Part shown: piece after piece, positions 55,345 to 64,000 of the stretch
Layout of the letters: each line of letters starts with the position of its first letter
Position numbering within the stretch: the first letter of the stretch is position 1
Assembly: GCF_051956075.1 (NCBI RefSeq)
Contig: NZ_JBQCGA010000009.1
Location: 49,498 to 113,497 of the forward strand
Direction: 5' to 3'
Origin: Asticcacaulis sp.
Lineage (GTDB): Bacteria; Pseudomonadota; Alphaproteobacteria; Caulobacterales; Caulobacteraceae
DNA: 64,000 nt
The notes under the pieces: model-generated
What the model was told of the DNA's origin: nothing
Database searches by the model: none
Seen by the model: only the letters and a program-made list of their open reading frames with translations
Position numbers and translations under genes: made by a program

Positions 55345-56298
55345 ATGCCCAATCAGACGCCGAGAAAGATCATTATCGACACCGATCCCGGTCAGGACGA
55401 CGCCATCGCCCTGTTGCTGGCTCTGGCCTCGCCGGACGAGCTTGATGTGCTGGGCGTGATTGCGGTGGCGGGCAATGTGCCGCTGCATCATACGCTCAAC
55501 AACGCCCGTCGCGTGGTTGAGCTGTCCGGACGCGCGGATGTGCCGGTGTTCGCCGGATCGGAACGCCCCCTGCGCCGCACGCTGGTCACCGCCGAACAGG
55601 TGCATGGCGTCACCGGTCTCGACGGCGTCGATCTGCCGCCGCCGTCCCTGCCGGAACAGGCGCAAGGCGGCGTCGATTTTCTGATCGAAACCTTGCGCGC
55701 CGCCGAGGATGGCGAGATCACTCTGGTCACGCTGGGCGCGATGACCGATCTCGGTCATGCCTTTACGCGCGCGCCGGACGTGGTGGCCAAGGTGCGCGAG
55801 GTCGTGCTGATGGGCGGCTCGTGGCATGAGGGCGGCAACATCACCCCGGCGGCGGAGTTCAACATCTATGTCGATCCCGACGCCGCGGACATCGTGTTCA
55901 AAAGCGGCGTTCCGCTGGTCATGCTGCCGCTCGACGCCACGCACGGCGTGCGCTCGACGCCGGAGCGGATGGCGCGTTTGCGCGCCCTGCCCAATCGCTG
56001 CGGGCCGATGGCGGCGCAGATTCTGAAGGCGTCAGAGGCCTGGGATCTGGCCAAGTTCGGCTGGGACGGCGCGCCTTTGCACGACCCCTGCACCATCGCT
56101 TATCTTTTGCAGCCGGAGCTGTTTTCCGGGCGGCGCGTCAATGTCGAGATTGAGACGCAGAGCGAGCTGACCCTCGGCATGACCGTGGTGGACTGGTGGA
56201 GGGCGACCGGGCGCGCGCCCAACGCCCTGTTCCTCAATCAGGCCGACGCCGATGGCTTCTACGCCCTGCTAAGCGAGCGCCTGAGCCGACTGCCATAA
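55345..56298 (+). CDS. Nucleoside hydrolase (IU-NH family)
   Basis: IIDTDPGQDD, AEFNIYVDP, LHDP. Confidence 0.95.
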   Translation: MPNQTPRKIIIDTDPGQDDAIALLLALASPDELDVLGVIAVAGNVPLHHTLNNARRVVELSGRADVPVFAGSERPLRRTLVTAEQVHGVTGLDGVDLPPPSLPEQAQGGVDFLIETLRAAEDGEITLVTLGAMTDLGHAFTRAPDVVAKVREVVLMGGSWHEGGNITPAAEFNIYVDPDAADIVFKSGVPLVMLPLDATHGVRSTPERMARLRALPNRCGPMAAQILKASEAWDLAKFGWDGAPLHDPCTIAYLLQPELFSGRRVNVEIETQSELTLGMTVVDWWRATGRAPNALFLNQADADGFYALLSERLSRLP

Positions 56299-56309
56299 AG
56301 GAAAGCGCC

Positions 56310-57221
56310 ATGAAACCCGTCGTCGTCGTCGGCAGCGTCAATATCGACTTCTCAATCTGCGTCGCAGAGCTGCCGCGCCCGCATGAGACCCTGCTGGGCG
56401 GCGATCTTGAGGTGCGCGTCGGCGGCAAGGGGCTCAATCAGGCGACAGCCTGCGCGCGGCTGGGGCTGGAGACGCATCTGATCGGCGCCGTCGGCTCCGA
56501 CGCCTTCGCCGAACAGGCGCTGGCGCATCTGAAAACGCGCGGCGTCCTGGCGCATCACGTCCACCGTCTGCACTGCGCCACCGGCGCGGCTTCGATCTGC
56601 GTGGCGCCGGACGGCGCCAATATGATCGTGGTCGCGCCGGGCGCCAATGCCCGCCTGACGCCGCAGCATGTCGAACAGGCCGAAGCGCTGATCCGCGAGG
56701 CGTCGGCGGTCGTCGCGCAGCTTGAGACGCCACTGGCGACGGTCAAGGCGGCGCTGGAGATCGCGCGCCGACATGCGGTCCTGACCGTGCTCAATCCGGC
56801 GCCGGTCGATGCGCGCGTGCTGGACCTGCTGCCGCTGGTCGATCTGGTCACGCCGAACGAGACGGAGCTGGTGCGCCTGACCGGCGTGACGGGCCAGGAC
56901 GATGCGGCTTTGCGCGAAGGTCTGAGCCGCCTGCTGGCGGCGGGCGCCGAGCGCGCCGTGGTGACACTGGGCCGGCAGGGTTGCGCCGCGCTGATCGACG
57001 GCGAACTGCTGCGAATTCCCGCCTTTGCCGTTGAGGCGGTCGATGCGGTCGGGGCGGGCGATGTCTTCAACGTCGCCCTGATCAGCCGCATCCTGCGCGG
57101 TCATGAGCTACCGGAGGCCATGCGCTTCGCAGCGGCGGCGGCGGCGCTTTCGGTCACTCGCCCCGGCGCCGATGGCGCGCCATCCGAAGCCGAGGTCGCG
57201 GCTTTTCTCGCAGGCGCCTGA
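56310..57221 (+). CDS. rbsK: Ribokinase (PfkB family)
   Basis: VVGSVNID, GGKGLNQA, QLETP, PNETE, DAVGAGD; follows the nucleoside hydrolase. Confidence 0.88.
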   Translation: MKPVVVVGSVNIDFSICVAELPRPHETLLGGDLEVRVGGKGLNQATACARLGLETHLIGAVGSDAFAEQALAHLKTRGVLAHHVHRLHCATGAASICVAPDGANMIVVAPGANARLTPQHVEQAEALIREASAVVAQLETPLATVKAALEIARRHAVLTVLNPAPVDARVLDLLPLVDLVTPNETELVRLTGVTGQDDAALREGLSRLLAAGAERAVVTLGRQGCAALIDGELLRIPAFAVEAVDAVGAGDVFNVALISRILRGHELPEAMRFAAAAAALSVTRPGADGAPSEAEVAAFLAGA

Positions 57222-57429
57222 ATTCGCCTGGCGGGCGTTTTTACCGCAAATTTACGCGCTGCGGCGCGGCGCCGCATGGCTTCCTTAAAGGGCTTGCGAG
57301 ACAGTGCGGCCATCGCGTTCACGACGGATGCGCCCGCCGCCCTTACCGCCCCCCCTAGCCCAAGGGTTTCTGGCCGCCGGACGTGAACGCGATCCCCATA
57401 ACCCATTTTCGTCTCAACAGGAGACTCCC

Positions 57430-57750
57430 ATGCTTTCGTCCGCCACCAAGGCTGCCGCCAACGTCACCAAGAAGCTGGCTGAGAACGACATCCGCAACAG
57501 CGCCCGCGACGCTGTGGATGACGCCGCCGACGCGCTGGACGGCAAGGCGCATCACATGATGGACCGCGTCAATGATTACGCGCATGACGCCGGCGCCAAG
57601 GTGCGCGATCTTTACGACCGCACCCGCGACACCACCAGCCGCGTCAGCCATGACGTCGAAACCGAAATCAAGTCCAACCCGGTGCGCTCGTCGCTGATCG
57701 CGCTCGGCGCCGGTTTCATCCTCGGCGCCCTGTTCGCCAACCGTCGCTAG
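57430..57750 (+). CDS. DUF883 / ElaB-YqjD-like tail-anchored protein
   Basis: AGGAGA RBS; Ala/Asp-rich helix; C-terminal NPVRSSLIALGAGFILGALFANRR. Confidence 0.8.
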   Translation: MLSSATKAAANVTKKLAENDIRNSARDAVDDAADALDGKAHHMMDRVNDYAHDAGAKVRDLYDRTRDTTSRVSHDVETEIKSNPVRSSLIALGAGFILGALFANRR

Positions 57751-57848
57751 AGCGCTTTTCGATCTGAACTCAGATCGGCGCTCTAAGTTTTTGTTTTGTC
57801 GCTTTTGCTTGTCCAAAAAGTGGAGCCACTTTTTTGGGGAAACGCTCT
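57747..57848. repeat. Palindromic intergenic repeat, near-full copy
   Basis: CTAGAGCGCTTTTCGATCTGA-ac-TCAGATCGGCGCTCTAA plus CCAAAAAGTGGAGCCACTTTTTTGGGGAAACGCTCT. Confidence 0.85.
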
Positions 57849-57938
57849 CTGCGATAACGCTGCGCGCCGAAGCCCCCGAGCGTCGCGCGGCGCCTGCGTC
57901 CCGAATACGTTCAGGAGAAACGCCAACCGGAGCCTGTC

Positions 57939-58361
57939 ATGCTGTTGCTCACACGACTGATCGAGTTGCTGTCCGTCAACAGACGCCTGAAAACATCCAG
58001 ACCCTATGTTCTCAGCGCTCTGACAGGTTTCGCCGTGCTGGCCCTTCTGGGCGTATTCGGGACGATACTTTGCGCGCTGATCGTCAGCGGCCTGTTGTGG
58101 CTGAGTTTTGATCAGATGCTGGCGGCGGGCCTGGGCGTCGGCGCTTCGGCGATAGCCACGACGATGATCGCTGTTGTCGTATTGATGTTCGTCGGCCTGA
58201 CGGCGTCGCGTGTGTGGCGGGGCGTGCGGGCGGATATCGGCCAGGTTATCGACGGTCAGGCCCCGCTGATCGCGCCGGTGATCGACAAGACGAGCGATGT
58301 GCTGGGCGGGCTGGCCAACGCCTTCGCCAGCGGATTGAAAAAACACGCGGACAAGCGCTGA
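57939..58361 (+). CDS. Hypothetical two-TM membrane protein
   Basis: AGGAGA RBS; two long hydrophobic segments; follows the DUF883-like gene. Confidence 0.6.
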   Translation: MLLLTRLIELLSVNRRLKTSRPYVLSALTGFAVLALLGVFGTILCALIVSGLLWLSFDQMLAAGLGVGASAIATTMIAVVVLMFVGLTASRVWRGVRADIGQVIDGQAPLIAPVIDKTSDVLGGLANAFASGLKKHADKR

Positions 58362-58554
58362 AATACGCTTGTAACGTGATCACGTAAGTCGGCGTTTACG
58401 CCATACTTACACCTTTTTCCCCGCCTCTTATTGTTCCATTACCGACCGCGCAGTAAGGTCCACAGACACGGTCCGGCGACGACCTGTGATCATGTCGGCG
58501 CTTATCAGGTGGAGACGACGGCGCCCGCGCCGCGCAAACGGGTTTGGTTAGTCA

Positions 58555-60411
58555 ATGCGGATGCCCTGGGGCCTGAGCGTCAAGCATGTGTATCTCGCCT
58601 TTTTCAGCCTGATATCCATCGCCCTGTGCGCCTTCAGCCTGATCATTTTCAGCCAGTACAAGATATCTCAGAATCTCAACGAATATACGCGCTACCAGTA
58701 CGAAAACATCCGGCTGAGCAAGATCATCCTGTTGGACGTGGTCAATATGGAGACCGGGGCGCGCGGCTATATTCTGTCCGGCGACAAGACCTATCTGCAA
58801 CCCTATGAGCAGGCGTCAGAGCGCTTGCAGGATGAGGTGCTATCCTTACGCAACGCCACCTATTACGAAGACAATTCCTTCGCCGAGACCAACGCCTGGC
58901 TCGACCGTATCGACACCATCCAGACCCTGTTGCAGAACCAGATCGCCTATGCGCGCAGCCACGGCGCCGGCAAGCTGGACGTGGCGGATATGAGCAAGTC
59001 GAAAACCGCGATGGACGCCCTGCGCGCGACGATCGACGGTTCGATCCAGCAGCGGCTGGACGCGCTGAAACTGCGCATCGACCTGGTGAATCACCAGAAG
59101 AACAATCTGATCTGGGTGCTGGTGATCGGCACGGCGGCGGGCATCGCCATCCTGTTGGCCGGCACGGTGATGATCATTCGGCTGGAGGACGAAAACGAGG
59201 CCATCGAGGACGAGAACCAGCGCGCCGAACTGCGCTTCCGCACCGTGATGAACGGCATTAATGACGGGGTGTATGAGATCAACTTCGTCAACGAGACCAT
59301 GTACATGTCCAAGGAGCTGAAAGCCATGCTCGGCTATGGCGAGAGCGAGCTGGACAACGACATCAACGTCATCACCCCGATGATCCATCCCGATGATGTC
59401 GAGAGCTTCTTCAAGGTGCGCCACGACTATGTGACGCGCAAGAGCCGCGATTATGTCAACATCTTCCGCCTGCGCCACAAGGACGGCTCCTGGCGCTGGA
59501 TCATGGCGCGCGGCGTCGGCGCCTGGGACCGGTTCGGCCAGATTCGCACCCTGATCGGCACCCATACCGACATCACCGAGCAGAAAAGGCGCGAGGAGGA
59601 GTTGCGCCTGCTCAACGCCGATATGGAGGCCTTCACCTATATAACCTCGCACGATATGCGTTCGCCTCTGGTCAATCTGAAGGGCTTTTCGCACGAATTG
59701 CACATCGCGCTCGATCAGGTCCGCGAGGTGCTGAACGGCCAGAAAAAGAAGCTGAGCGCCGCCGCCCAGAGCCAGCTCGATACGCTGTTGCAGCACGATA
59801 TTCCCGAAAGCCTCGGCTTTATCGGCAACGCGGTCGATCGTATGGACACCCTGACCACGGCCATTCTCGACCTGTCGCGCATCGGCAAGTTCGCCTATCG
59901 CGAAACCGCCGTCGATTCGCGCATTATCATCGAAAAATGTCTGGGCGCGCAAAGTTACGAAATCTCGGCCAAGGGCGTTAACGTACACGTCGCCGACATG
60001 CCCATTCTGATGACCGACGCCGTGGCGCTGGAACAGATCTTCTCCAACCTGCTCGACAATGCGGTCAAATATCTCAAGCCCGATCGGCCCGGCGAGATCG
60101 AGATCGGCTGCCGTGAGACGGCGCGCGACCATGTCTTTTACCTGCGCGATAACGGACGCGGTATCGACCCGGCCGATTCCGACCGCGTATTCAATATCTT
60201 CCGGCGCGCGCGCAATGCGGGCGACGTGCGCGGCCTCGGCATCGGCATGGCCTATGTCAAGGCGTCCTTGCGCAAGATGTCCGGCGCCATCTGGTTCGAA
60301 TCGGCCCTCGACGTCGGCACGACCTTCTTCGTCAGCCTGCCGAAAAAACCGCTGGTCGCGACCGAGGTTGTCCCCGACACCGAGCCCGAAACCGAGGGGT
60401 TCGAGGCATGA
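58555..60411 (+). CDS. CHASE3-PAS sensor histidine kinase
   Basis: TM, METGARGYILSGD..YLQPY (CHASE3), TM, PAS with IHPDD and DGSWRW, SHDMRSPL H-box, NLLDNAVKY, DNGRGI, GLGIG. Confidence 0.93.
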   Translation: MRMPWGLSVKHVYLAFFSLISIALCAFSLIIFSQYKISQNLNEYTRYQYENIRLSKIILLDVVNMETGARGYILSGDKTYLQPYEQASERLQDEVLSLRNATYYEDNSFAETNAWLDRIDTIQTLLQNQIAYARSHGAGKLDVADMSKSKTAMDALRATIDGSIQQRLDALKLRIDLVNHQKNNLIWVLVIGTAAGIAILLAGTVMIIRLEDENEAIEDENQRAELRFRTVMNGINDGVYEINFVNETMYMSKELKAMLGYGESELDNDINVITPMIHPDDVESFFKVRHDYVTRKSRDYVNIFRLRHKDGSWRWIMARGVGAWDRFGQIRTLIGTHTDITEQKRREEELRLLNADMEAFTYITSHDMRSPLVNLKGFSHELHIALDQVREVLNGQKKKLSAAAQSQLDTLLQHDIPESLGFIGNAVDRMDTLTTAILDLSRIGKFAYRETAVDSRIIIEKCLGAQSYEISAKGVNVHVADMPILMTDAVALEQIFSNLLDNAVKYLKPDRPGEIEIGCRETARDHVFYLRDNGRGIDPADSDRVFNIFRRARNAGDVRGLGIGMAYVKASLRKMSGAIWFESALDVGTTFFVSLPKKPLVATEVVPDTEPETEGFEA

Positions 60412-60845
60412 CCGGTTTCAGCGATCCCTTCACCCTGGTGCTGGTTGAGGACGATGAAGGCCACGCGCGCCTGATCAGCCGCAATCTGCAACGCATCGGC
60501 GTGCTCAATCCGATTGTGCGGCTGCATAATGGCGAAGAAGCGCTGAGCTGGCTGTTCGGGCCGCGCGACGGGCGCCGGTTTGTGGTCATTCTCGATCTGA
60601 ACCTGCCCGACATCGACGGGTTCGAGATTTTGCAGCGCCTCAAGGCGGACGCCGCGACCCGGAACGCGCCGGTGATCGTCCTGACCACGACCGATCATCC
60701 GAACGATATCGAGCGCTGTTTCGCGCTTGGCTGTGACGGCTTCCTGACCAAGCCGGTCAATCAGGCCGATTTCGCCGCCAGCCTGGGCAAGCTGGGCCTG
60801 ACGCTCAGCACGGTCCACGTTCCGCATCTACGCGACAGGAGCTAA
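60408..60845 (+). CDS. Single-domain response regulator (Rcp1-like)
   Basis: [24 protein letters not shown]; ATGA overlap with the kinase. Confidence 0.93.
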   Translation: MTGFSDPFTLVLVEDDEGHARLISRNLQRIGVLNPIVRLHNGEEALSWLFGPRDGRRFVVILDLNLPDIDGFEILQRLKADAATRNAPVIVLTTTDHPNDIERCFALGCDGFLTKPVNQADFAASLGKLGLTLSTVHVPHLRDRS

Positions 60846-60853
60846 AGCGCGCC

Positions 60854-62482
60854 ATGCCAACCCCGCCGCCCGCCGACCCCCACGCCGCTGCGACGCCGCA
60901 CGCCGGTTTGCGCGACATCCTCTATGTCGAGGACGACGCGGCGCTGGCGCGGCTGCTGCAAAAGCGCATGGAGCGCATCGGACTGCGCGTCGATCTGGCC
61001 GATACCGCCGAGGACGGCCTTCAGAGGCTGCATGCGCGCGCCTATGATCTGGTGCTGGTCGATTACAACCTGCCGGGCATGAGCGGGCTGGACCTGCTGG
61101 ACCGGATGAACGAGCTGCCGCTGACCCCGCCCGCCGTCATCCTGACCGTCGGCGGCGATGAGCGCATCGCCCTGGCCGCGCTCGAAAAGGGCGCCGCCGA
61201 CTATGCGGTCAAGGACGTCAACCAGACCTATCTTGACCTGCTGCCCGCCATCATGGTCGCCGCCTTCACCAAGGAGCGGCTGTTGCGCGAAAACGCCCAG
61301 CAGAGCGTCGAGCTGAAACAGGCCAAGGAGCGCGCCGAGGCCGCCAGCCAGGCCAAGAGCCGCTTCCTGGCGACGATGAGCCATGAGATCCGCACGCCGA
61401 TGAATGTGGTGACGGGGCTGGCCTCGGTGCTGGCGCGCACGCGTCTCGACGATGAGCAGAAGAAGATGGTCGAGACCCTGCGCACCAATGCCGACCTGTT
61501 GCTCAAGCTGATCAATGACCTTCTGGATATCAGCCGCATCGAGGACGACCATATCGACCTGGAGAGCATTCCGTACGCCGTGGCGGCGGTGCTGGAGGAC
61601 ATCCGGCTGATGTTCGCGCAGGACATTGAGCGCAAGGGCTTGACCCTGCGCATCGACGACGCCACCCACGGCGTCACCGTGCTGGGCGACCGCTCGCGCC
61701 TGCAACAGGTCTTGATGAATCTCGTCTCCAACGCGCTGAAATTCACCGATTCCGGTGAGATCGCCATCGCGGCCCGCGCCGATTGCCAGGATGAGGTCTG
61801 CGCGCTCGACATCGTGGTCAGCGACACCGGCATCGGCATTCCCGACGATAAGCTGGCCGTCATCTTCGACAAGTTCACCCAGGCCGACGAAACCATCACC
61901 CGCCGCTTCGGCGGTTCGGGTCTGGGCCTGTCGATCGCGCGCTCGCTGGCGCAACTGATGGGCGGCGATATTGCGGTGCGCAGCCAGCGCGGCGAAGGCT
62001 CGTCCTTTCACTTGACGCTGACCCTGCCGCGCATCGAAGCGCCCGCCGCAGAGGCTGCGCCGCGGCCCGATTATCGACCCGTCGTTCCGGCGGATGGAGC
62101 GCCGCCCTGCGTGCTGATCGTCGAGGACTATGAGCCGAACATCATGGTGCTGTCGCTGATGCTGGAGGAACTGGGCTATGCGACGCGCTCGGCGGGCTCC
62201 GGGCCGGAGGCGCTGCGCCTGATCCGCGAGGCGGATCGACCGTTTCACGCCGTGCTGATGGACGTGCAGATGCACGGCATGGACGGGCTGGAATGCACGG
62301 GCTGCATCCGCGATCTGGAAGCGGCGGGCGAGACGCCGGACGGCGCGCGCCACACCATTATCGGCGTGACCGCGCACGCCCTGGCCGGCGATCGCGAGCG
62401 CTGTCTGGCGGCGGGGATGGACGACTATATCTCCAAGCCCGTCCTGCCCGATATTCTGGCGCAGAAGCTGGCCGGACGGTAA
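60854..62482 (+). CDS. Cytoplasmic hybrid histidine kinase (REC-HisKA-HATPase-REC)
   Basis: N-terminal [39 protein letters not shown]-terminal LMDVQM..YISKP. Confidence 0.95.
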   Translation: MPTPPPADPHAAATPHAGLRDILYVEDDAALARLLQKRMERIGLRVDLADTAEDGLQRLHARAYDLVLVDYNLPGMSGLDLLDRMNELPLTPPAVILTVGGDERIALAALEKGAADYAVKDVNQTYLDLLPAIMVAAFTKERLLRENAQQSVELKQAKERAEAASQAKSRFLATMSHEIRTPMNVVTGLASVLARTRLDDEQKKMVETLRTNADLLLKLINDLLDISRIEDDHIDLESIPYAVAAVLEDIRLMFAQDIERKGLTLRIDDATHGVTVLGDRSRLQQVLMNLVSNALKFTDSGEIAIAARADCQDEVCALDIVVSDTGIGIPDDKLAVIFDKFTQADETITRRFGGSGLGLSIARSLAQLMGGDIAVRSQRGEGSSFHLTLTLPRIEAPAAEAAPRPDYRPVVPADGAPPCVLIVEDYEPNIMVLSLMLEELGYATRSAGSGPEALRLIREADRPFHAVLMDVQMHGMDGLECTGCIRDLEAAGETPDGARHTIIGVTAHALAGDRERCLAAGMDDYISKPVLPDILAQKLAGR

Positions 62483-62589
62483 GACCGTCCTTTTACCGCA
62501 CGTTTATCGCGGTCTTGCGGGTTAAGCACTGAGCCCTTGCAGAGTTTGGCCTACACCTGAAAGCCAGTTCAGTTTTCAGGAGGCGTCCC

Positions 62590-62769
62590 ATGCCGATCAC
62601 GCCGCAAGCGCCGCAACCCGACCCCAATCCGCAGCCGGATATTCCTCAGCCGACGCCGGAGCCCGGTCTGCCGCAACCGGGCGGGCCGGACGTCAATCCC
62701 GCCCCGGAACCGCCGGGCAATCCTGAATTGCCGTCGGAAATTCCTCCTGTCACCCAGCCTGAAATCTGA
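62590..62769 (+). CDS. 59-aa Pro-rich microprotein (not in the ORF track)
   Basis: AGGAGG RBS; MPITPQAPQPDPNPQPDIPQPTPEPGLPQPGGPDVNPAPEPPGNPELPSEIPPVTQPEI. Confidence 0.6.
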   Translation: MPITPQAPQPDPNPQPDIPQPTPEPGLPQPGGPDVNPAPEPPGNPELPSEIPPVTQPEI

Positions 62770-62794
62770 CATCTCGCACACAAGGATCGCCCGC

Positions 62795-62989
62795 ATGCAA
62801 AGCCAATCGCAACCGGCCCAGATCATCCCCTTCCCGCGCGCCAAACGCCCGACGCCCGGCAGTTGGCGCGTCACCATCGACGGCGAATATTCCGACGATG
62901 ACGTGTTGCCGCCGGAAATGTTCGATGACGAGGACGACCGCGATGAACTGGCCGTTTATGTCCAGATAGCGGACCATTGGAACGACTGA
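62795..62989 (+). CDS. 64-aa acidic hypothetical protein
   Basis: AAGGA upstream; IIPFPR motif and acidic C-terminus; co-oriented with its neighbours. Confidence 0.5.
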   Translation: MQSQSQPAQIIPFPRAKRPTPGSWRVTIDGEYSDDDVLPPEMFDDEDDRDELAVYVQIADHWND

Positions 62990-62998
62990 GGGGCGCGC

Positions 62999-63358
62999 AT
63001 GAACCGGTCCGGCGGCAGCTTTTTGCAAACCCTGTTGATCTTTATCCTGCTGATCGTGGTGATCGTGGCCGGGATATGGTTCTACAACGCCCATCACCGC
63101 CCGACAGCCGGGCAGGAGATCGGCAAGGCGATCGACGCCATCCCACCCGCCGTCTCAAGCGCCGCGACCGACATCAAAGAATCCGGCGCCTATGACAGCG
63201 CCGCGACGGCGCTCGACAATGCGGGCGACGCGGCGGCCAGCGCCCTGTCGAAAACCGGCGCGGCGGCGTCGAGCGCGGTGTCTGAGACCTCCGCCGACGT
63301 CAAGGCCGCAGCCAATAAACAAAAGCAACAGGACCGCAGCGCGTCCTCATCGCACTAA
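62999..63358 (+). CDS. Single-TM protein with an Ala/Ser-rich tail
   Basis: GAGGGG RBS; N-terminal TM; repetitive A/S/D-rich helix. Confidence 0.65.
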   Translation: MNRSGGSFLQTLLIFILLIVVIVAGIWFYNAHHRPTAGQEIGKAIDAIPPAVSSAATDIKESGAYDSAATALDNAGDAAASALSKTGAAASSAVSETSADVKAAANKQKQQDRSASSSH

Positions 63359-63372
63359 CAAGGAGACACCCA

Positions 63373-63453
63373 ATGAAAGGTCTTATTCTGTGGCTGGTCG
63401 GCGTGCCTTTGCCAGTGGTCATTCTGCTTTATCTGTTCCATGTGATTCACTGA
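63373..63453 (+). CDS. 26-aa hydrophobic micropeptide (not in the ORF track)
   Basis: AAGGAGA RBS; MKGLILWLVGVPLPVVILLYLFHVIH; terminator-like hairpin at about 63509-63535. Confidence 0.7.
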   Translation: MKGLILWLVGVPLPVVILLYLFHVIH

Positions 63454-63609
63454 CCGGGTTTCGCATCCGACAGGATCAGGCGCTCGCTGATCGCACGCGC
63501 GGACAGTGGCGGGAGCAAGGCCATGCCCTTGCTCCTTTGCGTTGACGTCGACGCATTTTTTAAAAATGAACGATTTGCGCCTTGCGGTCGTATTGGTAAC
63601 ATAGCCCTC

Positions 63610-64000
63610 ATGACTCCCGACGATATGTCTTCGCCGACCCATGATGAAATTCGCGAGTATCTGCATCGGCAGATGCTGTCGTCGGTGTCGCATGACCTGA
63701 AGACGCCGCTGGCCACGATCATCGGCTCGCTGGAGGTCATGACCATGCTGTATGACCGCTTGAGCGAGGAAAAGCGCCGCTCGCTGATCAGTTCGGCCCT
63801 GACCGAGGCCTTCCGGCTCGACTATTTCATCACCAATATTCTCGACATGGCCAAGTTCGAGGCCGACGCGGTGCGTCCGCGTCTGGAGGCGGCGCGGCTC
63901 GGCCAGATGATTCAGGATGCTCAGGCGCGGCTGGGACCGTTGAAGACGCGTGGGGAATTGCGCGTCACTGCGGCAGGACGCGACGAACTGACCACCGACC
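63610..64000 (+). CDS. Sensor-less KdpD-like histidine kinase (5' part, runs off the window)
   Basis: MTPDDM..QMLSSVSHDLKTPLATIIGS..RL..FITNILDMAKFE; in-frame TAG at 63602-63604 upstream. Confidence 0.8.
   Translation, partial: MTPDDMSSPTHDEIREYLHRQMLSSVSHDLKTPLATIIGSLEVMTMLYDRLSEEKRRSLISSALTEAFRLDYFITNILDMAKFEADAVRPRLEAARLGQMIQDAQARLGPLKTRGELRVTAAGRDELTTD

Noticed and set aside
55345-57221. Nucleoside hydrolase plus ribokinase pair
   Set aside because: An ordinary, well-known nucleoside catabolism arrangement
57350-57430. Sigma-T/EcfG promoter upstream of the DUF883-like gene
   Set aside because: No GGAAC-N16/17-CGTT match; the closest candidate has a 21-nt spacer

Overview
A GC-rich core-chromosome window from an alphaproteobacterium of the Caulobacteraceae. 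Asticcacaulis is my best guess, inferred from gene order and regulatory motifs rather than from a database search. It holds dnaK-dnaJ, tRNA-Arg(CCG), polA, tlpA/argH-lipoprotein-lysA, a CAT-anticodon tRNA, pseB-pseC-pseI (pseudaminic acid), nrdB, rpsT, dnaA-dnaN-recF-gyrB, purH, maeB, mutS-glnD, pyrF, rsmB and a nucleoside hydrolase with ribokinase. Accessory blocks are an MCP/acyltransferase/GH8 trio, a parDE-NUDIX operon directly behind gyrB, and a terminal signalling cluster (CHASE3-PAS kinase, receiver, hybrid kinase, several very small proteins, and a sensor-less kinase cut by the window end). Non-coding signals read from the sequence are two candidate sRNAs (one with repeated CCUCCC loops), three copies of a palindromic intergenic repeat, two other palindromic elements, and CtrA, NrdR, DnaA and sigma32 sites. 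There is also an IS3 transposase relic, a frameshifted MarR gene, and a His-to-Pro change in the MutS ATPase H-loop. I saw no CRISPR array, rRNA, prophage or intact mobile element. The most novel-looking candidates are the C-rich sRNA, the kinase plus microprotein cluster and the gyrB-linked parDE-NUDIX unit.
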